From NCBI GenBank assembly GCA_976551045.1, contig CDPCPM010000056.1:13888001-13952000 (forward strand): 64,000 nt of DNA, given 5' to 3'. The notes below the pieces were generated by a model. That model was not told where the DNA came from. It saw nothing but the letters and a program-made list of their open reading frames with translations, and made no database searches. The position numbers were made by a program, and so were the translations under genes. Shown here piece after piece: positions 1 to 12,399 of this stretch (position 1 is its first letter; each line of letters begins with the position of its first letter). This DNA comes from Glaucostegus cemiculus. Lineage: Eukaryota.

Positions 1-360
1 AACTTTAAAAAAATGTTTTTTTAAGTGGCTATTCTAATGTATAATGTTCTTTTAAAACTTTGGAAAGTTCATTTCCCACTGGTGTGATCACATGTTAGTG
101 AATATAATTGACAAAATATTTAAGACTGTTTCCTCCAAGTATCTTTATGTTGCTGACTTAAAAAGGATGTTGTTTTGTAATTTAGGAAAGGTGCAAGAGT
201 AAAACAGGGATTATGGACCAGTTAGCATAACCTCTATTGTCAGGGCAATTACTAGAGACTATAGTTAGGAATAAAGTTACTGTATAGTTTGAAAGTATTC
301 AGTTGATCAGAGCGTATTTGTAAAAGATCAGACATTGCCTGGCAAACCTGATAGAGTTTT

Positions 361-1500
361 CATAGATTCATAGAAACGTACAGCACAGAAATAGTCCATG
401 CTGACTGTGATGGTGTTCCACACTAATCCCATGTGCCCACATTAGGCCTGTATTCTTCTACCCCTTTCCTATCCAAGTACCCCTCCAAATGTCTTTTAAA
501 TGTTGTAATAGTGTCTGCCTCTACTATCTCCTTTGGCAGCTCAATCCACCCTCTTTGTGAAAAACTTACTCCTCAGATCTCCTTTAAATTTCTCCCCTCT
601 CACCTTAAACCTTAATTCTAGACTCCCCTGCCCTGGGTAAAAGATTCTGACTAGTTATCCTATCTATGCCCCTCATAATTTTGTAAACACCTGTAAGTCT
701 CCAGTCTCCTATATACCAGTGAGTATAAACCCAGCCTCTCCAATCTCTACTTATAATGTAATACAGCTCTCCATTCCAGGCATAGACTGTTGAATCACTT
801 CCACACTCTCTCTGTTGACCAGATCCTTCCTGTGGTGTGGTGACCAGGAATGAACACAATAATCTAAGTGAAAAACACTATGACGCTGGAGGAACTCAGC
901 AGGCCAGGCAGCAAACATGGAGAAAAGCAGGCGGTCAACATTTCTGGTCAGGACTCTTCTTCAGGAACAAGGGAACAGCATTGGCTATCCTCAAGTCTTC
1001 CGGCACCTCACCCATGCCTAAAAGAGATGCAAAAATCTCTGTCAGAGCCCCAGCAATCTCCTTCCTTGCTTCCCTTGGCATCTTGGGAGAGATCCCATCT
1101 GGCCCTGAGTATTTATCCATCCTAATGCGCACTAATATTTCTAGCACTTCCTCTTTCCTGATACACACATGCTCCAAAATATCAGCGTTAGCCTCCCTTA
1201 ACTCTGCAGTCTCCAATACCTTCTCCCTAGTGAATACCAATGAGAAGTAATTGTGAACGATCTCGCTCATATCCCCTGGCTCCATGCATAGGTTACTCCT
1301 CTAGTCCCTGAAGGGACCTATTCCTTCCAGCCACTCTCTTGCTTCCAATATACTTATAAAAGGTTTTAGGAATCTCCTTAATCCTATTTGCCAAGGTAAT
1401 TTCATGGCCCCCTTTTGCCCTCTGAATTTCTTCATTAAGTTTTCTCCAATATCCCCTCTCAACCCAAGTGACCCATTTGATAATAATTTCTTATACCTTG
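361..1500 (-). mobile_element. CR1-type LINE fragments, with a short Penelope-type terminal repeat at ~871-965
   Basis: Minus-strand translations 'VYKIMRGIDR' and 'DKYSGPDGISPK...IAGALTEIF...GEVPEDLRIANAVPLF' match CR1 ORF2. Confidence 0.85.
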
Positions 1501-2849
1501 AAAACAAGATTATTTTTTTACTTTTTCCAATTATTTAAAAATTCATTGCATATTAAAGTTTATTATATTTTCATGGTATTTTGCAAGCATTTATAATCTT
1601 ATTTGATTTCCTAATAAATTTACTGCTTTAAGTTTCTGACATTCAATATTCCAAGTAGGGTTTTAAATTGCATAGGTAAATTATTCTGTTTTATCTGTTT
1701 TAATCTAATCTGGAGAACTACTTTATCCCAATATTGTATACTTAGTGTTATTTTTATTCTGCGTCACAATTTTTTTTGTTTCTAATTGATGCACAGGATG
1801 TGGGGGATGCTAGCAAGGCCACTATTTAGTGTCTGCTCATAGACATCCTTGAATTGAATGGCTTGTTGAGCCAATTCCAAAGGCAGCTAAAACTCAACCA
1901 CTTTTTTATGAGATTAGGGTCCAGACGGAAGGACAGTAAAATTCTTTCTTAAAGGACAGTGATGGACTATTCTCCTCTGTTCATAACAATTGGTATTTTC
2001 ATGGTCTTCATTGCCAATGCTACTTTTTCCAATCCAGATTTACTTAATTTCCCTAATTCCCGAAATTAAATATGAAATGTCTCTGGCTCCGTCTTCCAGT
2101 GTGCTACACTACTAAAGCAAATAAATCACCCATCAGATTACTGTATGCCTGTTAACAACGTTACATGAAGGGAGAGCACGTCTGATATTTAGCACCCTTT
2201 AAATATCACTTTTAGGCTAAAATAAGCAGATGTGAAGCTCTGTTGACTTGGATTTTACAGAAGTTAACAACCCTCTGAAATAGGGAGTGGGGTTACAGAT
2301 GTTTTTTTCTTGTATATGACCTGAGAAATGACTAACATGCTGTTCAATGATTGACTTGCTATTCTGTCCACAATATGGTTATCTCATTACAATCTTTTGA
2401 AAATGCTCTGCAAGAACCAACTGCACTGCTGAAGTTAACAGTGCAATTATTATATGAAGGTATTGATGCAGACTTTGAAGCATTACAGGAAGAATTTAAA
2501 TATATATAATGTATTTCACCACTTTGGAATGTTCCCAATGCCCTTGGCATTTAATGGAGTAATGTTGATGTGTGAAATCAAAATGCACACAACAAGATCT
2601 CACAAGCAATAATTAAACAATTTACTTTATCCATTTTGCATATGGGTCAAGGGATAAATGTTGTCCTGATAAACAGAACTCTTGAAATAGTACCATGTGA
2701 TTTCTCAAATTGATGGGGCCTCTGTTTTAAAATCTGATCCAGTGAATAGAAATTTCTGTACAGTCTGTGGAATGAATGTATCACATGATTTGATGAAAAG
2801 TTTGTTTAAAGCACCTTGTAACTAATTTTTGTGCATTTTGTCAATGCAG

Positions 2850-5451
2850 CAAAATGGTTTTTTGGCTGAGGAAGTCAAGAATGGAAAGCAACTAAAAGAA
2901 AATGTTGTTGACATTAGAGGTACTTGTTCGTCAGCTGTAACTATGGACCCTGCTGAAGACTTTTCAGATTCTGTAAGAGCTTATGTGTCGAAATCTGTTA
3001 CCATGGAAACAGAAGCAACAGCAAATGCCATTGATCATCAAGGAGGACTTAATGTGAATGCCACACACGAATGCACTGGGTTAAGAGACATAAAGAAAAC
3101 CTTGAATAGTTGCAAATTAATAGCAAAACCTACTTTAACAAAACATGATGAAAACTTTAACGACAGTTCAGAAAACATAAGCCAAGAACTTCAAGGAGAG
3201 GTTCTCAAAATAGAAAAGGTTTTCGATCCTGCTACACAATTTGAAACAGTGTCTTCATCCTATGAAACGTCAAAAGTGATCTACAGCACCATTCACAAGG
3301 AGTACTTCAAAGACTATTCAGCTATAGTACTGGCTGAGCAAGCTGCTAGCACAATGACACAAAAAGATTTAGAGGTGGCTGGGCAGAGCCTTGCCAAGAA
3401 ACCTCTCTCAGTTGCCACAGTTCCAGCTGAGGTCTACCAAGAAGAAATGGTGGAGAACTTCCAGACTAGGAATGAAGTTGAAAAGGCAATGGTTGTGGTT
3501 GCAAGTACCAAATCAAAAAAGGAATCAACATCGAATCAATCAGTATTAACCTCCAATGGAGTAATATTTGAAAACTCTTCAATAATGAGTCAAAACGAAG
3601 AAAAGGCAAATAGTTTCTCTGCAACTGACTTAACTAAATCGACCATGGAAGATCCAACTATTTTAGCCATGCCACAGGATAATAAGGGCTTGATCAATCT
3701 GTCGGTGATGGATCTAAGTGGAAAGAAGATCCCGCATTCAGGCAACAACAGTAATCAAACATCAGACAGCAGGTTGATATACCAACAGGAGTCAGAAGGC
3801 CTTCCAGTTGCTATTCAAAATGAACCTTTGCCCATCACCACTCCTCCAGTGCAATGTGCAGATGACTTGGAGTCAGACAAACCCAATTGCCTCCAAAAAC
3901 ATTCAAACACAAATCAACTTAATCACGGGTTCATTCAAACAAATGGTTTGGCTGAAAGTCTGACCTCCCTCAGTAGGAAACTTGTGTTAGAGATAATGGA
4001 ACTGCAGCATCAAACACTGAGAAACAACGCCAGCCAGAGTGGCGAACTGCAGATCAAGCCAAGGAGTATTAAAGCTCAATCTGCCAAACCATTTCAAGGG
4101 GAGAAACAAAAGACAGAGATGTCAGAAAATCAAAGTGTGGACGTGGAGCACATGGATTTTGCCACAGCTCGCAATCAGTGGCTGAAGTTGGAGATGATAA
4201 GCAGAACACACAGTTATGAGTCAGCAGTCAAAGAGCAGAAGAATAACATGGTAATCAAGCATGTTGTAAAAGGTGACCCTTCCGCCAATAAATCGATAAA
4301 AAATGAAGCAACCTCTCCTCATTCTGGATCTTTGCTCTCAGAAAATAACATGCAGAGCAATACTTCCACTGGAATCAAGACTGATGAAGCTGAATGCATG
4401 AGAAAATCAATGCATCCAAATCAAGAGCAGGCTGTAGTGGTATCACAAGAGAATAAAGGCACAGTAGGGGATCTAGACCAGAACTTGTTATCGAATGCAA
4501 CAGATTGCAGTCCTTGCTCAGAAGGGAATGATTCTGGTCTAGATGACCGGACACACGGGCATAAAGGTAACAATTCACCTGACCCTGTATTTCAGAACGA
4601 ATCTTCACGGTCTCTGCCCATGATGTGTGAAAAGCCTGAAACGCCTATCGAAAAGGAGATTCGCCTCAGTCTAAAGCGGGAGGAAAGTCTTAGAAAAGCC
4701 AGAGGCATTACCAAACTTCCTTGCTCTGAAAAGTATGTAGAGATCAAAACCAGGCCACTTAATTTGCAGCCCGTTCCTTCCTCTTCATCATCTAAGGTTA
4801 AAAATAATCAGTTTGCTGAGATGCAAATGCAGCGTGAAATGTTACTTGAACGGCAGCGGGAGGAAGGTCTTATACTGGAGGGAAAGATTATGGGAAAGCA
4901 CGATGAAAGTACGATCCCAGAGATTGAGGAGAGAAGGAAATTCTTTGAGCAGCAAATTCCCTTCCCTTTCTCATTCCCCAATAAAATGTTAGCCCCGCCT
5001 ATTAATACCCCTGCCACGTTGCTGGTTTCACCTCCTATCAGGAGTCCCTTCAGTAATGAAACAAAGGTTTCCAATGTTGTTATACTGCAAAATGATCTAC
5101 TGACTTCCGAAAAAGACAAAGCAGAACTTAATGATGCTGTCCTGAAACTCAAGCATTCAAATGCAGAAACTGCTGATATTGTAATACTGGAAACACCAAA
5201 TCTGATCATACAACGTTCTTCATGCTTTCCACTGTCTTCCAACTCATCGATACAAAGAGAAGCCACATTGCAAAATAACCCCTTCTTCAAACTCCGCTCG
5301 CATGGAGCTCATTCCATTATTAGCCAAGAGATCAGGGAAGTTCTACAACGCGAGGAAGAGCTCCAGAAACAAAGGTGTAATCTCGACGGTATGGCAAGAG
5401 CTTCTGAGGAGAGGTTAGGATCTTCAACTGCAGCCGATAATTTGCCTTCAG
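2850..5451 (+). CDS. Large coding exon (~867 codons) of an AKAP2/MISP-family protein; flanking exons not resolved
   Basis: Uninterrupted ORF 2829-5471. Acceptor ...tcaatgcag|CAA at 2850 (phase 0); donor tcag|gtaaag after 5451 (phase 1). Motifs: VEHMDFATARNQWLKLE (cf. AKAP2/MISP 'IDFxAARxQF'), ETPIEKEIRLSLKREESLRKARGI, QMQREMLLERQREEGL, and NPFFKLRS...ISQEIREVLQREEELQKQR (cf. AKAP2 'PFKLRS...IEEEIRAAQEREEELKRQR'). Confidence 0.85.
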
Positions 5452-5726
5452 GTAAAGTTGAAGCAAATTAAATGTGAGAGATTGAAAACTGCTAGTATTG
5501 CACTTAGAGTCATAGAGCAACATAGCATGGATGCAGGCCCTTCAGCCCAATGAGTCCATGCTGACCATGGTGCCAACCCAGCTAGTCCCAATTTCCTGCG
5601 TTCGGCCCATATCCCTTTAAGCCCCTCCCCTCCATGTACCTATCCAAGTGCTTCTTAAACAATACCATTGTACCTGCCTCAACCACTTCCTCTAGCAGCT
5701 CGTTCCGTATACTCACTGCCCTCTGC

Positions 5727-5912
5727 AACTTCCTTGCTCTGAAAAATATGTAGAGATCAAAACCAGGGCACTTAATTTGCAGCCCGTTCCTTCCTCTTCA
5801 TCATCTAAAGTTAAAAATAATCAGTTTGCTGAGATGCAAATGCAGCGTGAAATGTTACTTGAACGGCAGTGGGAGGAAGATCTTATACAGGAGGGAAAGA
5901 TTACGGGAAAGC
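5727..5912 (+). repeat. 186-bp direct copy of exon segment 4714-4899
   Basis: Ungapped alignment with 7 mismatches by manual count. Confidence 0.95.
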
Positions 5913-6477
5913 TTTCAATGAACTAGACGCTTGTACTCCTAGGTGCCTCTGTTCCATTACACTCTCTAGTTGCCCCTCAGGTCTCTTTTAAATCTTTCTC
6001 TTCTCACCCTAACCCTTAGTTTTGGGCTCCGCTACCGTGGGGAAAGGACTGTTGCCATCCACCTCTCATAATTTTAAACATTTCTGTGAGGTCACCCCTC
6101 ATTCTCCTACAGTCCAAGGAATAAAGATCTAGCCTGGCCAACCTCTCCCTATAACTCAGGCCCTCTAGTCCCGGCAACATCCTTGTAAATCTATTCTGCA
6201 CTCTTTCCAGTTGAAGCACATCTTTCATATAACAGAGTGACCAAAACTGTGCACAGTACTCCAAGTGTGGCCTCACCAATGACTTAAGCAGCTGCAATGT
6301 AATGTCCCAGCTCCTATACTCAGTGCCCTGACTGATGAAGGCCAGCGTGTTAAACGCCGTTCTTGCCACCCTGCCTACCTGTGACACCACTTTCAATGAA
6401 CTATGAACTTGTACTCTGAGGTCCCTCTGTTCCATTACATTCTCTAGTGCCCTACCATTCATAGTATAATTCCTAAA

Positions 6478-6820
6478 GATACAGGAGCCTGAGGGCATGT
6501 ACCACCAGACTTAAGGACAGCTTCTTCCCCACTGTGATAAGACTATTGAACAGTTCCCTTATACAATGAGATGGTCTATGACCTTACATTCTATCTTGTG
6601 TGACCTTGCACCTTATTGCACTGCACTCTCTCTGTAGCTGTGACACTTTACTCTGTACTGTTACTGTTTTTACCTGTACTACATCAATGCACTTTGTACT
6701 AACTATGTAACTGCACTGTGTAATGAATTGACCTGTACGATCAGTTTGTAAGACAAGCTTTTCACTGTACCTCTGTACAAGTGACAATAATAAACCAATA
6801 CCAATACCAATACCAATACC
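6478..6820 (+). mobile_element. Rex1/Babar-type LINE 3' end with (ACCAAT)n tail
   Basis: 'RYRSLRACTTRLKDSFFPTVIRLLN' followed by 3'UTR, AATAAA and a microsatellite tail. Related copies at ~11170-11790(-), 22342-22746(-), 39320-39442(+), 43165-43712(-). Confidence 0.75.
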
Positions 6821-7044
6821 AAAATGCATCACCTCACACTTATCTGTATTGAAATCCATTAGCCACTCATTGGCCCACTTCCCTAACTGATCAAGCTCCC
6901 CCTGTAAACTACAATAACTTCATCACTATCAACAACACCTCCTAATTTTGTATCATCCTTGCATATACTGTACTTCATCTAACAAACATATGTTCAAACT
7001 TTTTATACCACAAAGCTACCTGAGAATTTAAACTTTTAAAGCTT

Positions 7045-7575
7045 AGAGTATTGTGTTCAGTTCTGGTGGCCGCATTATAGGAAGGACGTGGAGGCGTTGG
7101 AGAGAGTACAGAGGCGATTTACCAGGATGATGCCTGGATTAGAGGGTATGGAATATGAGGAGAGTTAAGGTGCTAGGGCTTTACTTGTTGGAGAGGAGGA
7201 GGATGAGAGGGGACTTGATAGAGGTGTTTAAGATATTGAGAGGAATAGATAGAGTTGACAGCCAGCGCCTCTTTCCCAGAGCACAGATGCTCAAGACGAG
7301 AGGGCATGGCTTTAAGGTATTGGGTGGAAAGTTCAGGGGAGATGTCAGAGGGAAGTTTTTCACCCAGAGAGTGGTTGGCACATGGAATGCGCTGCCTGGG
7401 GTGGCAGTAGAGGCAGATACGTTGGACAGGTTCAAGAGATTGTTAGATAGGCACATGGAAGAATGTGGAATAGTGGGATATGTGGGAGGAATGAGTTAGA
7501 TTGTGTGACGTTTGTAGGACGGCACAACTTGGTGGGCTGAAGGGCCTGTTTTGTGCTGTATTGTTCTATGTTCTA
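7045..7575 (+). mobile_element. CR1 LINE 3' fragment
   Basis: 'LERRRMRGDLIEVFKILRGIDRVD...FFTQRVVGTWNALP' plus tail. Confidence 0.9.
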
Positions 7576-8094
7576 ATAAATCAAAAAGTCCCTAAATCCA
7601 AACTCTCATCAAATTAACCTAAAAACTGCCCCAGTTGACATCCCACAAGGTTTATCCATCAACACTCTGCAACATCAACATCATCAGTTTTCTGGAATCA
7701 GTAGGGAAGTATCTCATTAGCAGAGGCCAATAGTAGGGCAATGCCACTCTTGAACATATCCCTGGCAGCTGCATTGCCCTGTTGTCAAGTCCTGGGGAGA
7801 TAGACTGAGGATGCAGAGTTTGCCTAAGCCTTAGTAATGGTTGCACATCAACCTCCATTTACATATCTAATGAAGCAAAAGATCCCCAAAGTGCCTCAAA
7901 TAAAAATTGACCCTGGGCCACATGAGGAGATATTGGAACAGATTTTCCCAAAGAAGTAGATTTGAAGAAGTAGATTTGAAGCAGTTACTGAGAGAAGGGA
8001 ATTCCAGATGCCTTAGCATCTGAAGGCAAGGCTGCTGATGGTGATGCAATTAAATGTGGGGATGATCAAGAGGCCAGAATTGAAGGAGCGCAGA

Positions 8095-9325
8095 ATCAGA
8101 ATCAGAATTATTATCACTGACATGTGGCATGAAATTTGTTGTTTTACGGCAGCGGTACAGTGCAAGGCATAAAAATCTATAAATCACAAACATAAGTAAG
8201 TATACAAAAAAATACTAACGAGGTAATGTTCATGGGTTCATGATTGCTCAGAAATCTGATGGCAGAGGGGAAGGAACTGTTCCTGAATCGTTGAGTGTGG
8301 GTCTTCAGGCTCCTGTACCTCCTCACCGATGGTAGTAATGAGAAGAGTACATATCCTGGGCGGTGAGGGTCCTTAATGATGGATGTCGCCTTCTTAAGGC
8401 ACCGCCTCTTGAAGATGTCCTTGATGGTGGGGATGGTTGTGCCTGTGATGGAGTTGGCTGAGTCTTCAACCTCCTGCAGCCTCTTGCAATCCTGTGCATT
8501 GGCGGCTCCATACCAGGCAGTGATGCAACCAGTAAGAAAGCTCTCCATCATACATCTATAGAAATGTTTAAGTGTCTTGGTGACATACCAAATCTCCTCA
8601 AACTCCTAATTAGGTAGAGCTACTAGTGTGCCTTCTTCGTGATTGCATCAATGTGTTGGACCCAGGATAGGTCCTCTGAGATATTGACACCCAGGAGCTT
8701 GAAGCTCCTCACCCTTTCCACCGCTGACCCCTCAATGAGGACTGGTGTGTGTTCTCCCAATTTCCCCTTCCTGAAGTCCACAGTCAGTTCCTTGGTCTTG
8801 CTGACGTTGAGTGTGAGGTTGTTGTTGTGACACCGCCCAACCAGCCGATCTATCTCACTCCTGTACGCCTTCTCATCGCCATGTGGGACTCTGCCAACAA
8901 CAGTGGTGTCATTGGTGAATTTATAGATGGTGTGCTTAGCCATACAGTCACGAGAGTAGAGCAGTGGGCTAAGCACACATCCTTGAGGTGTGTCTGTATT
9001 GGTAGTCAGAGAGGAGGAGATGTTATTGAAAATCTGCACTGACTGTGGTCTCCACATAAGGAAGTCAAGGATCCAGCTGCAGAGGTACATACGGAGGCCC
9101 AGGTTTTGAAGTTTGTTGATTAGTACTGAGGGAATGATGGTGTTGAATGCCAAGCTGTAATTGATACATAGTAGCCTGATGTACGTCTTGAGGTTGTCTA
9201 GGTTCTCCAAAGCAGAGTGGAGAGCCAGTGAGATTGCACCTGCTGTAGACCTGTTGCGGCAGTAGGCAAATTACAGTGGGTCCAGGTCCTTGCTCAGGCA
9301 GGAACTAATGCTAGCCATAACCTGC
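8095..9325 (-). mobile_element. Rex1/Babar LINE RT fragment (degenerate)
   Basis: '[14 protein letters not shown]...WILDFL..RPQSV...[12 protein letters not shown]', 'GCITAWYG'; tail reads (CAGAAT)n on +. Confidence 0.88.
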
Positions 9326-10167
9326 AGGATTATAGGGCCAGCGGAGATTACAATACAATACAAATACAGAAGACAGAACCAGAGAGACCTGAAGAAAATG
9401 ATGAGCATTAAAAAATGACTTAACTGAACAGCAGTGTAGCAAGCACCAGCTGGGTGTGAATTGGGACACAGGCAGCAGAATTTTCTATGATCTCAGTGGA
9501 ACAATGAAGATCATACAAGCGTACATTAGAATAGTTACGCCCAGATGTAACAGAAGTATGAATAAGGGCTTCAACAATTGATGAGCTGAGGGAGGGGTAT
9601 ATCAGGTGATGTTATGAAGGCAGGAATACATGGTCTTAAAGAAGATGTAGATATGAAGTCAGAAACTCAACTCAGGACCAAACAGTCGCCAGGAGTTGGA
9701 TGGAGTTCATGGCTGATGAATGAAGTTTATGAAGGGAACAGAAGATATAGGTTTCAGCCTTCCTGGTATTGAATTGGAGGAATATTCTCCTCATCCAGTG
9801 TTGATTCTTAGACGAACTGTTTGCAAACTTGGAGTTAATGGAGGAATTAAGAAAGATGGTGGTAAGCTAAAGCAAAGTGTCACCATCATACAAATGGAAA
9901 CTGATGGCAAGTTGTAGAGGTGGCTTGGAGCAGGGCTAATAATGGATACCCCTTGAGACTTAACATTTGGGTTCAACAATTTCAGATAATCCACACTCCG
10001 GCCTTTTATTCCAGATTTGCAGCGTTCCTTCCAGCTTCCTCTGGTTATCTCAGATACCCATTCTGTATCTTCAGCTCCGTTACACCGCTGCCCCTGTTGT
10101 CATTTCACCTCTCCTGGCCCCCACCCTGTGGCAGACAATCCCTTGTCTTCTCCTCACCCCTTTACCC

Positions 10168-10646
10168 TGTCGGATCCGGTTATTTTCGAATCCGCAGGTT
10201 CTTTCAGAAGTCCAAGAATGAGTTGAAAACAATTTGGTGCTTCACAAAGTTTTATTGGAAAAGTTTAAAACAAAGAAACAGTCGCAGAGCACCTGACACT
10301 TGCTTTATACTGCTAGGAGATGAGCCAAGACAAAGGAACTAAAATGAGCTGGGGGCGGTTGGGGGGGAGGGGAGGGGGTGGGGAAAGAGAGCAAGAGAGT
10401 AATTAACAAAAAAACAACACATTTACACCTAAGATAATAAGTACTCCTTAGGTAACAATAGTCCAATCAGAAAACCTATTAGTTACCTGTGGCAAAATCA
10501 ACCAATGGAAAGACACTCATTCACCTGGTGAAAGGACACACCAGGTAAGCAGTAATACCTTGTACAACCACTAGAGGTATATCAAACACTATACGTGTAA
10601 AAATTACCTAAAAGAGAAAATATATATTAAACAGTCGAATCCAACA
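10168..10646 (-). mobile_element. Solo LTR (479 bp) with 4-bp TSD ACCC
   Basis: TG...CA termini with imperfect inverted ends (tgtcggatccg / cgaatccaaca). ACCC at 10164-10167 and 10647-10650. On minus strand, TATAAA (10309-10304) is followed by AATAAA (10256-10251). Confidence 0.8.
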
Positions 10647-11037
10647 ACCCATTACTCACATCTTTAACTTTGCTTTGTGTCTAATGTTTCCAAGTCCTGA
10701 AGAGAGCACTGAGATACTGTCTCCCTCTCCAGTGATGTGTCTGACCTGCTGGTGTGCCAGCATCACACATTTATATTTCAGATTTCTGGTATCTGCTGGA
10801 TTTTTCCTTGTTTCATTAAATTCTAAATTTGTTAGTAAACAGTATACAATAAAATCAGAATCAGATTTATTGTCACTGAGTTACGTGACTTGAAATTTGT
10901 TGTTTTATTTCACAATCCAGCTCAACTTAGTAATGAGCTTCACAAGTTAGTAGCCAGGCTGATACAGGGGCAGCACTGAGGGAGAGGTGGTCTCCTAATG
11001 GGGCAGGGGCAGCATTGAGGCAGAGTTGGGCTATGGA

Positions 11038-11160
11038 AGGGCAGCAATGAGGGGGAGGTGGGCTACTGGGGCAGCAATGAGGGGGAGGTGGGCTACTGAG
11101 GGGCAGCAATGAGGGGGAGGTGGGCTACTGAGGGGCAGCAATGAGCGGGAGGTTGGCAAT
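11038..11160. repeat. ~30-bp minisatellite, ~4 copies
   Basis: gggcagcaatgagggggaggtgggctactg repeated. Confidence 0.9.
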
Positions 11161-12399
11161 GGTGGGTGTTAGTTTATTATTGCCACGTACTGAGGTACAG
11201 TGAAAAACTTGTCTTACAAACCGATCGTACAGGTCAATTCATTACACAGTGCAGTTATATTGAATCAGTACAAAGTGCATTGAGGTAGTACAGGTAAAAA
11301 CAGTAACAGTACAGAGTAAAGTGTCACAGCTACAGAGAAAGTGCAGTGCGATAAGGTGCAAGGTCACAACAAGGTAGATCGTGAGGTCATAGTACATCTC
11401 ATTGTATAAGGCAACCATTCAATAGTCTTATCACAGTGGGGTAGAAGCTGTCCTTAAGTCTGGTGGTACATGCCCTCAGGCACCTGTATCTTCTACCTGA
11501 TGGAAGAAAAGAGAGAATGCCCCGGGTGGGTGGGGTCTTTGATTATGCTGGCTGCTACACCAAGGCAGCGAGAGGTAAAGACTGAGTCCAAGGAGGGAAG
11601 GCTGGTGTCCATAATGCGCTGGGATGTGTCCACAACTCTCTGCAGTTTCTTGTGGTCCTGTGCGGAGCAGTTGCCGTACCAAGCTGTGATACATCCAGAT
11701 AGGATGCTTTCTATGATGCATCAATAAAAGTTGGTGAGAGTCAAAGGGGACAAACCAAATTTCTTTAGACTCCTGAGGAAGTAGAGGTGATGGAGGGGCA
11801 GCTTTGAGAGAATTCCGAGTTCCACTCTTGATTAACCGGCATATTTGATTAACAGAGCCTCTCAGGTCTGGCATCTGATGTATACCAGAGATTTTACTGT
11901 GGTAAATTTTATTACAAGATTGTCTGCAATCTTCCCCTTTTCTTCTTCCGAGCGAACCTGGGTTCTTCAGCCTACTTACAACATTTCTAACTGGCATCAG
12001 GTTATGGACCAACGTGTTTAAGATGTGTAATCATCCTGACCTTCAATAACCAAAACACAAAATGCTGGAAACACTCGGCAGGTCAAGCAGCATCTGCAGA
12101 GAGAGAAACAGTTAATGTTTCAGGTCCAGTACCCTTTGCAGAACTGGTCATAGCTGCACCTCTTTCCTTAGCAAAGTCCCCCAACTCATCCCACGAGGAT
12201 TTCTGCTCAAGTTCCACCCTTGACAACGTGGACCCACTCAGGATCACAGGATGTTCAAACTATGCTGCAGTTACACTTCTGACAAGACTCCCAGACCTAC
12301 AACATTCCACCAGTTCCTCTTGCCCATCAGCAACATTTTGCATGGAAAATATTTTTTTCCAAACTATAATGAACTGGTTTATTACCAGTTTTCTTCCTT

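Larger units (their letters stand above)
5509..6960 (-). mobile_element. CR1 LINE 3' fragment, interrupted by a templated insert (5727-5970) and a Rex1-type tail (6478-6820)
   Basis: '[14 protein letters not shown]...LERVQNRFTRMLPGL...RGDLTEMFKIMRG' and 'FNTDKCEVMHFG'. Confidence 0.88.

Noticed and set aside
2829-2849. ORF-track start MCILSMQ
   Set aside because: The TTG start lies in the polypyrimidine tract upstream of the acceptor and is probably intronic.
4808-5290. 160-aa antisense ORF
   Set aside because: Shadow of the real + strand exon, with no motifs of its own.
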